64,000 bases of DNA, taken from the IMG/VR virus record IMGVR_UViG_3300025770_000870, positions 62,001-126,000 of that record, one strand, 5' to 3'. The notes beneath the pieces are model-generated. The model was given only the letters and a program-made list of their open reading frames with translations. It was not told where the DNA came from and searched no databases. Both the position numbers and the translations under genes were made by a program. Below, piece after piece: positions 1-9,981 of the stretch. The stretch's first letter is position 1. Each line of letters starts with the position of its first letter.

Positions 1-1146
1 GTTGATGCCGGATTTGAAATTGATGTAAGTGTAGTGTCACCAGCAACAACAGTGCAGTTAGGTGATCCAAACTCAACTACCACTGATGGAAGAGTCCCAG
101 CATATGGGTATTATGACTATTCATGGTCAGCATTAATATATGGAGCAGCTGAGGTAGGTGTACCGATTATCATAGATGAAATACAATTTGATGTTGATAA
201 CAATATCAATACAACTATGAATAATCAAAAGATTTTCATGGCCCATACAACCATGAATACGTTTCCTAATGGAAGCGAACCGGTAGATGGAGATATTGAA
301 ATATCTGATTGGACATTAGTTTATACTGGAGATATAACTTGGACCCATGGATGGAATTCAATACCGTTAGACGCTACATTTATGTATAATGGACTCGGAA
401 ACTTACTTATTAAAACAATTAATGAACATGGGTCATGGACTTTTGATTATCCTGAATTTAGGTACACTGCAAAAGCTAACACAGTAGTATATAATTATGC
501 TGACGGTGGAATGCCTGGCCCATTAGGTTGGAGAAATAACCTCAGACCTAATATGAGGCTTGGGTTTGGTGGCGGTGGTGGTTCACTACCAATTGAATTA
601 TTATCCTTTGGTGTTGAGTCTAACGATGCAAATGATGTGGTGGTTGAATGGACTACAGCATCACAGAGCAACAATGACTACTTTACAGTTCAACGAAGTG
701 TTGATGGATATGAGTGGGAGGAAGTAACTAAAATCACTGGTTGTGGTAACTGTAATAGTCAGATAGATTACACATATTTAGACAGGAATCCATATACTGG
801 CGTTTCATATTATAGATTGATGCAAACAGATTATGATGGAGTATTTGAAATATTTGCACCACAGTCCGTTACTATCGCAAACAATCAAACAATAGGATTA
901 CATATTATACCTAATCCTGCAATAGATAACATCCAATTAGAGTTAGTATATCCAGATCCATTACATCGAGACTATAATCATGATGTACGAATATACAATT
1001 CTGATGGAGTAGAAGTTTATAAGAAGTTTTATATGGGTGAGTTAGAGGATTTTAACATTGATATTAAGAAACTTAAAACTGGATATTATATCATAAACAC
1101 TAAAGGCGATCGAGTTAAAGGTACTGGAAAGTTTATAAAAGAATAG
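1..1146 (+). CDS. Secreted protein with T9SS (Por) type A C-terminal sorting domain; 5' end outside window
   Basis: Frame open from base 1. LPIELLSF..W.TASQSNNDYFTVQRS..YYRLMQTDYDG module, then IIPNPA...IYNSDG...GYYII...KFIKE C-terminal domain typical of Bacteroidota T9SS cargo. Confidence 0.85.
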   Translation, partial: VDAGFEIDVSVVSPATTVQLGDPNSTTTDGRVPAYGYYDYSWSALIYGAAEVGVPIIIDEIQFDVDNNINTTMNNQKIFMAHTTMNTFPNGSEPVDGDIEISDWTLVYTGDITWTHGWNSIPLDATFMYNGLGNLLIKTINEHGSWTFDYPEFRYTAKANTVVYNYADGGMPGPLGWRNNLRPNMRLGFGGGGGSLPIELLSFGVESNDANDVVVEWTTASQSNNDYFTVQRSVDGYEWEEVTKITGCGNCNSQIDYTYLDRNPYTGVSYYRLMQTDYDGVFEIFAPQSVTIANNQTIGLHIIPNPAIDNIQLELVYPDPLHRDYNHDVRIYNSDGVEVYKKFYMGELEDFNIDIKKLKTGYYIINTKGDRVKGTGKFIKE

Positions 1147-1163
1147 GACGGTATATAATAACT

Positions 1164-1394
1164 TTATAAAGTTTTGATTATATTTGATTGTTTTAAAATT
1201 TCACTTATATCTTTTTGATTATACCAAATATATTCACTATTGGGATAACTAACACCGAAAAAGGGACCAGTACCTTCCTTATCCGTTCTTTTATATAATG
1301 GTAGGTTTTTCCCACTTTGTAATATCACTCCTTCTTTATCTTTGTGAATAAATCTAATACCTATCCTCGGTCTCAATACTTCTATATTCATCAT
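1164..1394 (-). CDS. Hypothetical protein
   Basis: ORF in a minus-strand run; start moved to MMNIEV to avoid overlap with the upstream gene. Confidence 0.55.
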   Translation of the reverse strand: MMNIEVLRPRIGIRFIHKDKEGVILQSGKNLPLYKRTDKEGTGPFFGVSYPNSEYIWYNQKDISEILKQSNIIKTL

Positions 1395-1407
1395 TATATT
1401 TCTTTTA

Positions 1408-1602
1408 CTATATGAAAAGCCAACCCACAATATCCAGATTAGTATCATTATCAATTTTTTCTTCTTTAAACTTCAAGAAGCTTTCTTTGTTTGCAAATTG
1501 AGCAACTGATTGGTTACCATTAGTTTTATTTTTAAAGTGAATATAACCCACCATGCTATTCTTTTTAAGTTCTTCTACGTTTGGTATTTTTACTATCATC
1601 AT
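1408..1602 (-). CDS. Hypothetical protein
   Basis: 64-aa ORF; ATGA overlap with the upstream ORF. Confidence 0.55.
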   Translation of the reverse strand: MMIVKIPNVEELKKNSMVGYIHFKNKTNGNQSVAQFANKESFLKFKEEKIDNDTNLDIVGWLFI

Positions 1603-1772
1603 ATATTATTTTTATTTCGGAGAATTAATAGATTTTCCATTCTCATTCGAAGTTCTATAATCTTATACTCATCTGTCTCAGATTCTATCATTTCTTCTAC
1701 TATATCGATAGAAGAATCTATCATCATTGATGATAATGCTTCATCTACTTCTTCATCTGTTAGTTGTTTCAT
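1599..1772 (-). CDS. Small acidic hypothetical protein (57 aa, not in ORF track)
   Basis: MKQLTDEEVDEALSSMID...; TAATATATA box 5 nt upstream (1778-1786). Confidence 0.65.
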   Translation of the reverse strand: MKQLTDEEVDEALSSMMIDSSIDIVEEMIESETDEYKIIELRMRMENLLILRNKNNI

Positions 1773-1808
1773 ATTATTATATATTACTTAGTTCTGAAAG
1801 ATGTTAAA

Positions 1809-3053
1809 TTACATTTCTCCTTTAAGTGTTTCTAATTGGTTACTGACCTCAGTAAGTCTTAGATTTGAATCTTCGAATATACCATCAAAGTGTTCTTCTG
1901 ATACTAAGGTTTGGTTCTTATCAACTCCAGTAGTGATAGTTTCGATGTTATATTCTATTTCAGATAAGTTAGTCCATATCTTGTTTAGTGACTCTCCTAA
2001 ATTTTCACCAATACTCGATATTTTATTTTCAACATCACTGAGGTCTAATATAGATACTTCATTTGATTGTTTAAGTTTCGACATACTTATACCCGATGTT
2101 ATCATATACCTACCAAGTGATTTAGCGCTCGTGTTAGGTAAACTAGAATTCAATACATAAATATAAACTTTATAAGCTTGTTTAAGAGCTATTATATAAT
2201 AATCACATAATTGATCTTCTTCCAACGTTCTATGATCAATTCCATTTTGACTAACTAATTTAATATTTCCTTTATCAGCACCATAATCAACAAATTTGAT
2301 TTGATATGTATCTAGTCCATTTTCACCAATGACATCAGCTTTCTTATTATCATCAGGTACCGTACCATTAAGAAGACCTCCTATAAAAGACTCAAATAAG
2401 AACCCAGCACTTGTAGCATTAAAATGATCTTTCATCTCTTGTAAGTATTTCAATAGCATGATAGCTGATATCTTTTGTTGTATTACTTGTGTAGCATTTG
2501 AATTATTATATCCGCGGATGCCTAATGGGTTATTTAGTTTATTTAACTTTTCTCTTAACCCAGTCAGCCCTGTTCTATTACTAAGTGGTTTAGAGAACCT
2601 TTTAATCTTTTTGATAACCTCCATATCAATCTTAACATTGACCCAACCACTCGCCTCAGTATCGATTATATTAGAATATTCTGGTATAGATGGTGTCGGA
2701 TCAGTTTCATCCTCCCAGTCTTTGTTTCTTACCCATGGATTACCCAATTCATCAGTAACCACTTCTCCATCAAAGTTTCTCAATTGGTGATTTCCATTAA
2801 AATCAAATCCAACTAAAAATCCATTCTTGTCGATACCACCAATATATTCATGTTCTCTATTTCTTCTTAATTTATCAGTGTTATAATTCCAGTCCTTATC
2901 AATAATTATCTCAATTAAGTTACCACCTCTTCTGATATTTACTATATGTCCTTTCTTCTTAACTAATCTACCATCATTACCAATTATCTTATCAAGAACT
3001 TTTATACTTGTTCCTAATTCCTTTTTTTCGTTAAATCTTTTTAGGTGTTTCAT
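1809..3053 (-). CDS. Leader-tagged protein with putative PD-(D/E)xK nuclease-like domain
   Basis: Start MKHLKRFNE 5 nt after TAATATATA. GFLFESF...KADV...YQIK spacing resembles restriction-endonuclease-fold motifs. Confidence 0.5.
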   Translation of the reverse strand: MKHLKRFNEKKELGTSIKVLDKIIGNDGRLVKKKGHIVNIRRGGNLIEIIIDKDWNYNTDKLRRNREHEYIGGIDKNGFLVGFDFNGNHQLRNFDGEVVTDELGNPWVRNKDWEDETDPTPSIPEYSNIIDTEASGWVNVKIDMEVIKKIKRFSKPLSNRTGLTGLREKLNKLNNPLGIRGYNNSNATQVIQQKISAIMLLKYLQEMKDHFNATSAGFLFESFIGGLLNGTVPDDNKKADVIGENGLDTYQIKFVDYGADKGNIKLVSQNGIDHRTLEEDQLCDYYIIALKQAYKVYIYVLNSSLPNTSAKSLGRYMITSGISMSKLKQSNEVSILDLSDVENKISSIGENLGESLNKIWTNLSEIEYNIETITTGVDKNQTLVSEEHFDGIFEDSNLRLTEVSNQLETLKGEM

Positions 3054-3119
3054 TGACATATATATTAAAAATAAATACTAGATTTGATATACACAATTTG
3101 GCGAAATCATCAGAAATAC

Positions 3120-3152
3120 AAAAAGGCCCTGAGTAAAACTCAGAACCTTTTT
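3120..3152. terminator. Intrinsic terminator downstream of cspA
   Basis: AAAAGG-CCCTGAG-taaaa-CTCAG-aa-CCTTTTTT hairpin with A/T tails. Confidence 0.6.
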
Positions 3153-3178
3153 AATTGATTTTTCTAATTGATTTTTAA

Positions 3179-3376
3179 TTAATCAACTAACCCAACATCA
3201 ACAGCAGTCTTGCCTTTACGACCCTCACCTTCTGTGTATGTTACCTTATCAGATTCTCTTATCTCCACACCTTCTAATAGTCCTGTTATGTGTACGAAGA
3301 TATCTTCGCCTGTTTCATCATTATTAATGAATCCGAATCCTTTCGAATCATTGAAAAATTTTACTGTTCCTTGCAT
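3179..3376 (-). CDS. cspA: Cold-shock protein
   Basis: GTVKFFN..KGFGFI (RNP1) and DIFVH (RNP2); 65 aa. Confidence 0.95.
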   Translation of the reverse strand: MQGTVKFFNDSKGFGFINNDETGEDIFVHITGLLEGVEIRESDKVTYTEGEGRKGKTAVDVGLVD

Positions 3377-3505
3377 TATTTATTTATTTATTTTATTCTT
3401 TACTCAAAATGAGCTTGTTATTTACATTATACGTTGTTATTATAATTAGTTTAATAATTTATCATTTTTTTACGATACACAATTATAAAATTATAAATAA
3501 GTTTT

Positions 3506-3514
3506 TAATATATA
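3506..3514 (+). promoter_or_regulatory. TAATATATA putative phage late-promoter box (representative of ~33 copies seen)
   Basis: Recurs in sense orientation, usually 4-6 nt before start codons, including before structural genes. Confidence 0.75.
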
Positions 3515-3518
3515 CTTT

Positions 3519-3929
3519 ATGAATCATATAAAATCATATAAAATATTTGAATCCGAGTTGGGTTATGTTAGTAAACCAATCGATATAAAGTTCGATATAA
3601 AGACTGCTAAATTTGATTATAATAGAAATACAAAATATAGACATGGTATTGATAGGGTTATTAATGATGATGAAATAATTGAAATTGTCGAAAAGGGTAT
3701 GGAAAAATTAACCATTGATTTGATGAATGATAATTTGGATATTGGTGATAGATTCGTGTTGAAAGGTGAGGGTTTTGATGGTGATATGTTAAATTTAGTT
3801 TGTCAGTTAAATCCTGGTGAGAATTTTTTCACATTGATGATCATAACTGCTATGCGTAAAGAGGATTTCACAGGACATAGAAATCAATATATCTTGAATG
3901 TAGATACACAACAACATCATTACGAATAA
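3519..3929 (+). CDS. Leader-tagged hypothetical protein
   Basis: MNHIKSYKIFES leader; TAATATATA at 3506-3514. Confidence 0.75.
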   Translation: MNHIKSYKIFESELGYVSKPIDIKFDIKTAKFDYNRNTKYRHGIDRVINDDEIIEIVEKGMEKLTIDLMNDNLDIGDRFVLKGEGFDGDMLNLVCQLNPGENFFTLMIITAMRKEDFTGHRNQYILNVDTQQHHYE

Positions 3930-4759
3930 TGAGATATTTAAATAAATATAATATCTATAAAGGTGATTTCTTGTTAGAAAGTTTGAATGAGTCTATTGAT
4001 GTAGGTTCTTTTACATCTAAAATAAAAAATTATCTAAGTAATTTGAATAAGAATCAAATAAAAGAATACTATAAAAAATTCATTGAAAAGGTATCAAAAC
4101 TACCAAAAACAACAAAAAAGGCTATTTTAATAGGAGTTATACCAATATTTGCGTTAAATCTTAGTTCTGCTGACTTAGAACAATCAAGTGATCCAGTTGT
4201 TATAGAGGTTGTTAGTGAAGTAGAAACTTTAGAAGTGCAAGAACCAGTAGAAGAAATTGTAGAAGATAATTTCAAAAAAGGTTATGATTTTGTTTTAACA
4301 CAAAACGGGTGGGATTCTATACGAGATGAAGAGAAATTAAGATTATATCCGTATGATATAGGTGATGGTAAAATAACAGTTGGATGGGGACATGCCGAAG
4401 ATATCACTACATCTAAATATAAGATAGGTAATAAGATAAGTAAAGAGGAAGCTCAGAAATTATTAAAAGATGATTTGACATTAGCTGCTGATGCTGTTAG
4501 GCAAGTTTTCGTGGAGTGGAAAGAGAAGGATATAGATGTTGAAATAACACAAGATATGTTTGATGCTTTAGTTTCAATAACATTTAACATTGGTGTTGGT
4601 GGTATGAGAAATTCGGACTTTATACAAGACTTAAAGAAAGGAGATTATAAAGCTTGTGCTAATAGTATGAGAATACATAAGAGTAATCTATTTGAGAAGT
4701 TCCCTGGGTTAGAAACAAGACGAGGTAGAGAAGCTGATATTTACTTGAAAAATTATTAA
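3929..4759 (+). CDS. GH24 phage lysozyme with N-terminal leader and hydrophobic segment
   Basis: E.E.LRLYPYD.GDG.ITVGWGH catalytic motif; FDALVSITFNIG; GL..RR..E. Confidence 0.9.
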   Translation: MRYLNKYNIYKGDFLLESLNESIDVGSFTSKIKNYLSNLNKNQIKEYYKKFIEKVSKLPKTTKKAILIGVIPIFALNLSSADLEQSSDPVVIEVVSEVETLEVQEPVEEIVEDNFKKGYDFVLTQNGWDSIRDEEKLRLYPYDIGDGKITVGWGHAEDITTSKYKIGNKISKEEAQKLLKDDLTLAADAVRQVFVEWKEKDIDVEITQDMFDALVSITFNIGVGGMRNSDFIQDLKKGDYKACANSMRIHKSNLFEKFPGLETRRGREADIYLKNY

Positions 4760-4779
4760 ATAAAAAAATAAATAATATC

Positions 4780-5061
4780 ATGAAGACGGAAGAAGAATTA
4801 TCAAAAGAAAGTCAACCACAATATTTCACTTGGTTGTGGAGGAATAAAAAAACAGAGATATTACTTACCTTTGTTGGTATTGTATCATGTATTTTAACTA
4901 CACCGATAATACTAGATCCTATGAACGAAAACCCAATTATTGTAATGATTTTAGCTTTTATTGCAATATATGGATTTACTGTTGGTATGGCATTACAACC
5001 ATACACAATATATAAAAAATTAGTTAAGATGAATTATTGGTCACGTAATTCTCCTTATTAG
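4780..5061 (+). CDS. Two-TM membrane protein next to lysozyme
   Basis: Two hydrophobic segments; holin-like role possible but not demonstrable. Confidence 0.6.
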   Translation: MKTEEELSKESQPQYFTWLWRNKKTEILLTFVGIVSCILTTPIILDPMNENPIIVMILAFIAIYGFTVGMALQPYTIYKKLVKMNYWSRNSPY

Positions 5062-5079
5062 AAATAATATATAGAAAGT

Positions 5080-5376
5080 ATGAAATACTTAAAGACATTT
5101 GAAAATTATGGAATAGTAGAATCTGTTTCTTTCAATAGAAAGGATAAGGCTAGAATACTAACATTAAATGATAGAGCTACTGATGAGGATCACTTAATTA
5201 GACTAGCTGTTAATATGGCGAACGCTATTGGTAGAAATGTTGAAAAAGGAAGTGAGAACGAATATATCTCTGGTAAGAAAGCCTTTCAAAGAGGATTAGC
5301 AGCAGAAGATGAGAACTTCCACGAGGTAGCTCAGATATTTTTTGATAGAGCAAAAGAATTGGGATTCGAAGAATAA
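5080..5376 (+). CDS. Leader-tagged hypothetical protein
   Basis: MKYLKTFEN; TAATATATA at 5065-5073. Confidence 0.75.
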   Translation: MKYLKTFENYGIVESVSFNRKDKARILTLNDRATDEDHLIRLAVNMANAIGRNVEKGSENEYISGKKAFQRGLAAEDENFHEVAQIFFDRAKELGFEE

Positions 5377-6762
5377 TCATATAAATCTATACTTTTGAGA
5401 ATTATAATTTTTCTCGAATTGTTCTTGTGATAATTCCACACCCCCATGAATTGTCATTCCTAAAGTCTTTCCATTTAGAAAGTTTCCGACAGCAGACCTA
5501 TCACACCCAATATTGAATCCATTTGTAACGCTACTAGTCAATGTAGTTATAGTTATAGTATCTTCTAATACACCATTAATGTATAATTTAGCGTTTCCAT
5601 TTTCAACCGCTGAACATCCTATGTGATACCACGTATTTATTACAGGCGTAGTTGTAGCCGTCAAATTATCATTCACCGAAGCGTTTATTACAGTCGCTCT
5701 TAGTAAGTTTGGATTACCCGCATTAATCCTGATTAAAAAGTTTCTATTGTTAGCATTATCATTATATTCAGACCGATACTCGCCTAAAAATGCGTTTATA
5801 TAGATCCATTGCTCAAAACTAAAGGTAGATCCTATATCAGCAACAGGTAGAATCGGAAAACTTACATATTCGTCCGTGCCATCCATATCCAAAACCCCAT
5901 CGGTTATGGTTAAACCATTTCGAAGCTCTCCTATCATTGTTGGATCTACTATATTCTTTATCAGATTACTTCCCCACTTATTAGTAAGTTGATTCGACTT
6001 CGTAATTATTTGACTTGACGTGTACACACCTTCTGCTACGAACATTTCCCCGTAAAATATATTGCCTGATCCCGTTAATGTCGATTGACCGTGACCTAAA
6101 TAAGTAGCGCCTAAAGTCGCTAAAATAGCAGTTGCAGATGCGTTTATTGGTTTAGTTCCATAAGACACACCATCAACAAATAATTCCATTAACTTATTTG
6201 ATATTGATATTTTCAATGCGTAAATGTGTAAACTATCTATACTTTGGTCGGGTATTGTCCAAGTCGAAACTTCTTGCGTAGCCGTTCCTTGCCATTTATT
6301 AACACTCCTAAAAGTTGTTGATGTCGTGTGATTAATTGTTATTCCGTTAACTAATGGATTGATTGAAGTTGGCATTGAAAATATATTTCCATTGCTATAA
6401 TCGAATGTGGAATACATTATAAGTAACTCCAAAATACCATCTGCACTATATGAAGATGTTTGCACACCATTAGATGAGGTAACATCGTACCCGACACTTA
6501 AATTTCGATTGCTATAGTTCTCGTAAAATATAAACTCTTCGCCTACTGCCGAGGTTCCCGTATAGCCATTTCCACTTTGGTCGGGAACTACCAATATATT
6601 ATCGAGATTATTTAATCCCGTTATCTTAGAAAAATCCCAATGGAGTTTAATATTTGAATCAACTACATCTGGATAATTGGTTACCACAGATAGTTTATTA
6701 CCCGTATCAGATTGAAACGTTCCTGAACTTGTTATTGCTGATTTAAATCCTCCTGTGCTCAT
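5377..6762 (-). CDS. LamG/concanavalin A-like two-domain protein (tail fibre/receptor-binding)
   Basis: LDMDGTDEYV, FSFEQWI, WYHI, LYINGV and NYNSQKYRF motifs. Confidence 0.8.
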   Translation of the reverse strand: MSTGGFKSAITSSGTFQSDTGNKLSVVTNYPDVVDSNIKLHWDFSKITGLNNLDNILVVPDQSGNGYTGTSAVGEEFIFYENYSNRNLSVGYDVTSSNGVQTSSYSADGILELLIMYSTFDYSNGNIFSMPTSINPLVNGITINHTTSTTFRSVNKWQGTATQEVSTWTIPDQSIDSLHIYALKISISNKLMELFVDGVSYGTKPINASATAILATLGATYLGHGQSTLTGSGNIFYGEMFVAEGVYTSSQIITKSNQLTNKWGSNLIKNIVDPTMIGELRNGLTITDGVLDMDGTDEYVSFPILPVADIGSTFSFEQWIYINAFLGEYRSEYNDNANNRNFLIRINAGNPNLLRATVINASVNDNLTATTTPVINTWYHIGCSAVENGNAKLYINGVLEDTITITTLTSSVTNGFNIGCDRSAVGNFLNGKTLGMTIHGGVELSQEQFEKNYNSQKYRFI

Positions 6763-7490
6763 AAGTATCTATGTTTTTGTACTTCGTAATTATATAGTAT
6801 CTGTTCGGGAGTTAATACTGCACTATGTATAGTTGTTAGACCGAGAGTTCCTTGAAGTGTATATTGATTAAAGGCATTTAGTTGCAACCTACCTAATACC
6901 CATATATTATTTACTAAATCCGTACCGTACTGCGTTATGGGATTAATTGAATCGCTAACATCAGCAACCTTAACCCCATTAATAAACATTTCAGCATCCA
7001 ATACATCTGAGGGTGCAGTATAAACTATGTTCATCCAATCTCCTTGATTATAAGGAACTGTTGCGGGAATAGACCCATTACCCGAACCACCTTTTATTAA
7101 CTGATTAAGGCAATTAACCGACACTTCATTTGATGCTGCTTGTCCACTATTTCGACCCATACTTATTACCACAGCACCGCTTGAGCGACTTATGATATAT
7201 GAACTAAAGATATTTCTTTCTTCTTGAACCCAAGTGGAAAGTGTATAAGGTCTATCTGCTGCTCCTAAAGTTATTTGTGCTAATGGACTACTCGCTACAT
7301 TCACTTGGTCATCGACACCATCAAAAACTATACCTTTGTCAGAGAATGTTGTACCATTTTCTAAAAGGAGTTCTCTATGCTCAACAACATCTCTTATAGT
7401 AGTAGCGTCTTTACGCATAATTAAATTAGCACCATCAAAAGAGTACCTTAGATTGTCCTTTACTATTGATTTACGTGCGAAGTGTCCCAT
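6759..7490 (-). CDS. LamG-like protein
   Basis: IVKDNL...FDGVDDQV, YTLSTWV, MFINGV, NYEVQKHRY. Confidence 0.8.
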   Translation of the reverse strand: MGHFARKSIVKDNLRYSFDGANLIMRKDATTIRDVVEHRELLLENGTTFSDKGIVFDGVDDQVNVASSPLAQITLGAADRPYTLSTWVQEERNIFSSYIISRSSGAVVISMGRNSGQAASNEVSVNCLNQLIKGGSGNGSIPATVPYNQGDWMNIVYTAPSDVLDAEMFINGVKVADVSDSINPITQYGTDLVNNIWVLGRLQLNAFNQYTLQGTLGLTTIHSAVLTPEQILYNYEVQKHRYL

Positions 7491-7491
7491 C

Positions 7492-7752
7492 TTATCCTTC
7501 TATAAGCCCTATTGGTAATGTCCATTCTACCGTTGCCATTACTGCTAATATCTCTTCGTGAGTGTATGTAGGTATGGTTGGTGTAATTACTGATACACTA
7601 CTTGGTATATCTCCCTCCCATTTTAATACAAATTCTGTTTCATCAATATTCTTACGAACTGTATCAGCAGATGTCTGTTGGACTTGTGAATAATCTACGT
7701 TATTTAATTCAGCTATCGGTGCTATTGCGTATGTCTTATTATTGTGTGCCAT
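7492..7752 (-). CDS. Small phage protein associated with LamG fibre cassettes
   Basis: VDYSQV.QTSADTVRK...FVLKWEG..P...YTHEEIL..M...EW pattern; position inside the cassette. Confidence 0.7.
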   Translation of the reverse strand: MAHNNKTYAIAPIAELNNVDYSQVQQTSADTVRKNIDETEFVLKWEGDIPSSVSVITPTIPTYTHEEILAVMATVEWTLPIGLIEG

Positions 7753-7760
7753 AACTTTCT

Positions 7761-8480
7761 TTAATTTATATATCTTGATTTTTGTGCTTCGTAATTATCT
7801 AGTGCTTCTGCTTGGGTTAATTCTTTGTTGTAGATAACTAACTTTTTAAGACTTCCTTCTAAATAATTTGCAGACTCGTTAAATCTTCTACCGATTACAA
7901 ATCTAGCATTTGCACCAATCGCTATTGGAGAAGCACTTAAAGTATCATAGAATGTGACTAAAGTATCTTCAACGCCATCAGTATAAATGTGTATGCCCGA
8001 AACTAAACTACTACCATCATAAGTAACTACGTGGTGGTGTATTCCATCGTTATACGTGTTTGTTGTTCTTACTGCAACCCCATTAGTAGTCGGTGTATTA
8101 ACTAAACTGAAACCTAAAGCACCTAAAGGGGTATTTCGATATAACACTCCCCAACCTCTGTATGAATTATCAGTTCCTTGTCTGCCACATACCCAATCAA
8201 ATACCGAACCCGTAGATTTATCTATCCAAAATTCAATAGTAAATGAATCAGTCCTCTCGAACTTGGCAAAGTCTTCATCAGCAAAATCAATCCATTGGTC
8301 AACACCATCAAGTTCCATTCCATCATCAACTACTGTAATTCCGTTTTGAAAAGTTCCATCATTACGAGCCACTAAGTCACGAATGGTACTGCCTGAATTC
8401 GGATAAGATACTTTATTGTCAGCATCTATAAGTAACCCAGAATTTGTTACTATTGGTATTTTATGATAGTGTACTCCCAT
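7761..8480 (-). CDS. LamG-like protein
   Basis: DA.N..SYP.SG, LDGVDQWI, FTIEFWI, HHVVTYDG, IYTDGV, NYEAQKSRY. Confidence 0.85.
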   Translation of the reverse strand: MGVHYHKIPIVTNSGLLIDADNKVSYPNSGSTIRDLVARNDGTFQNGITVVDDGMELDGVDQWIDFADEDFAKFERTDSFTIEFWIDKSTGSVFDWVCGRQGTDNSYRGWGVLYRNTPLGALGFSLVNTPTTNGVAVRTTNTYNDGIHHHVVTYDGSSLVSGIHIYTDGVEDTLVTFYDTLSASPIAIGANARFVIGRRFNESANYLEGSLKKLVIYNKELTQAEALDNYEAQKSRYIN

Positions 8481-8494
8481 AATTATGATATTTT

Positions 8495-9172
8495 TTATAC
8501 TATTGTTGTGTTAAATACACTTGTTACTATCCACGCAGCTACTGTTGCCTCATATATTAGTTCTACTGAATCTCCTATATCGTTAAATGTTATAGTTGTA
8601 TATCCTAAAAGGCTTGTGGGTGTTAGTGTTACTTTATCAGTAGGATCACCTTCAGTAGTATATAATATTGTTATTCTCTGACCTTCAATACCATTTGGTA
8701 AGTCTAAAAAATCTGATGTGGTTGTGGTTGTTATTTTAGTAATACTTTTTGTAACATCTATACTTGCTGTAGTTCCTGTTGATGTTATGGTATAACTATT
8801 TAGATTTACGTCTATTGTGTTTGTGCTTAAAGTAGTATCTCCCGTCACATCATTATAGTTTAACTCTAAAGGAACACCACTCGTTTGAAATGGATTTCCC
8901 ATTTGAATTAACCAATCGGCATCCGCATACATAATATCATTACCACTTACATCGGCTACTCCAAATAGTTGACCATCTTTATCGTCAGTGATTGTGAATA
9001 GACCTCCCGTAGTTCCATCAAAAGTAATGTTAGAAGCAGCAACTCCTGCTGTTGCTGATTGAACAATTTTAATAGCGTCAGATTCCAATGCCGCAGTTGA
9101 TATAAACTTTAAATCACCATCTAGTTTTATATCACCATCTAGTATTTCCGCATTTCCGTATATTTTTGCCAT
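8495..9172 (-). CDS. Putative tail fibre/virion structural protein
   Basis: Thr/Gly-rich beta-type sequence heading the LamG operon; TAATATATA at 9223-9231. Confidence 0.6.
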   Translation of the reverse strand: MAKIYGNAEILDGDIKLDGDLKFISTAALESDAIKIVQSATAGVAASNITFDGTTGGLFTITDDKDGQLFGVADVSGNDIMYADADWLIQMGNPFQTSGVPLELNYNDVTGDTTLSTNTIDVNLNSYTITSTGTTASIDVTKSITKITTTTTSDFLDLPNGIEGQRITILYTTEGDPTDKVTLTPTSLLGYTTITFNDIGDSVELIYEATVAAWIVTSVFNTTIV

Positions 9173-9285
9173 ATCCCGTTATTTATTTTACAATCGACTT
9201 AAAATATATAATTGTAATATAGTATATATTAATTTTTTAATAAAAAATAGTTTGTGTTTCTAAATAATACGAAAAATAAATAAAA

Positions 9286-9981
9286 TTACTTACAGTGATA
9301 ACAATTCTTACCAAAATTTTCACACCATTGGTCTATTGTGCAGAAAGCTTCCATATATTTAATATATCCCCTTAACCCTTGGCATATAAATTTATCCCAG
9401 TAATTATACTTTATTGTATAATTCCATAAATCAATTTCACTCCAATTATACTTATCTTTTATATACTTAGCCACTTGATATCCAGTTCTATCAGCACCGG
9501 CTGTGCAGTGTATAAGAACTTTACCCCTTCTTAAATATGGTTGTATAATATCTAAGGATTCAACATAACCACTATCTTTCTTATAACCCAAATGTGCATT
9601 AACCCATACAAACTTTTTACCTAAACTTTCAACCAATTTTCTCTCAGAGTTAATACCAACACCAGTACCTTCTAACGCATTCATTCTAACTACAACATCT
9701 ATATCATAATTAGTTATTATTGACTTTAATTGAGATAGTGATGGTTGGTTTGTTCTAAAAACATTGTTACCACCAGGAACAGTATCAAATTTAGATGGTA
9801 GGTTATTTATCCTAATAAATGTGTCCTTTACAACCTCACCCACCTCATTGTTATTTTCAACATTTTCAGTTAATTTATAATTACTAATAGAAACACCTTG
9901 ATTATTTGAATAAATTGATAAAATTATAAAACTTGATATAAGTAATAAAGATGATATTAATATAATATTTATTCTTGACAT
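9286..9981 (-). CDS. Protein tyrosine/dual-specificity phosphatase with N-terminal membrane anchor
   Basis: VLIHCTAGADRTG P-loop (CX5R); FRTNQP; hydrophobic N-terminus. Confidence 0.85.
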   Translation of the reverse strand: MSRINIILISSLLLISSFIILSIYSNNQGVSISNYKLTENVENNNEVGEVVKDTFIRINNLPSKFDTVPGGNNVFRTNQPSLSQLKSIITNYDIDVVVRMNALEGTGVGINSERKLVESLGKKFVWVNAHLGYKKDSGYVESLDIIQPYLRRGKVLIHCTAGADRTGYQVAKYIKDKYNWSEIDLWNYTIKYNYWDKFICQGLRGYIKYMEAFCTIDQWCENFGKNCYHCK

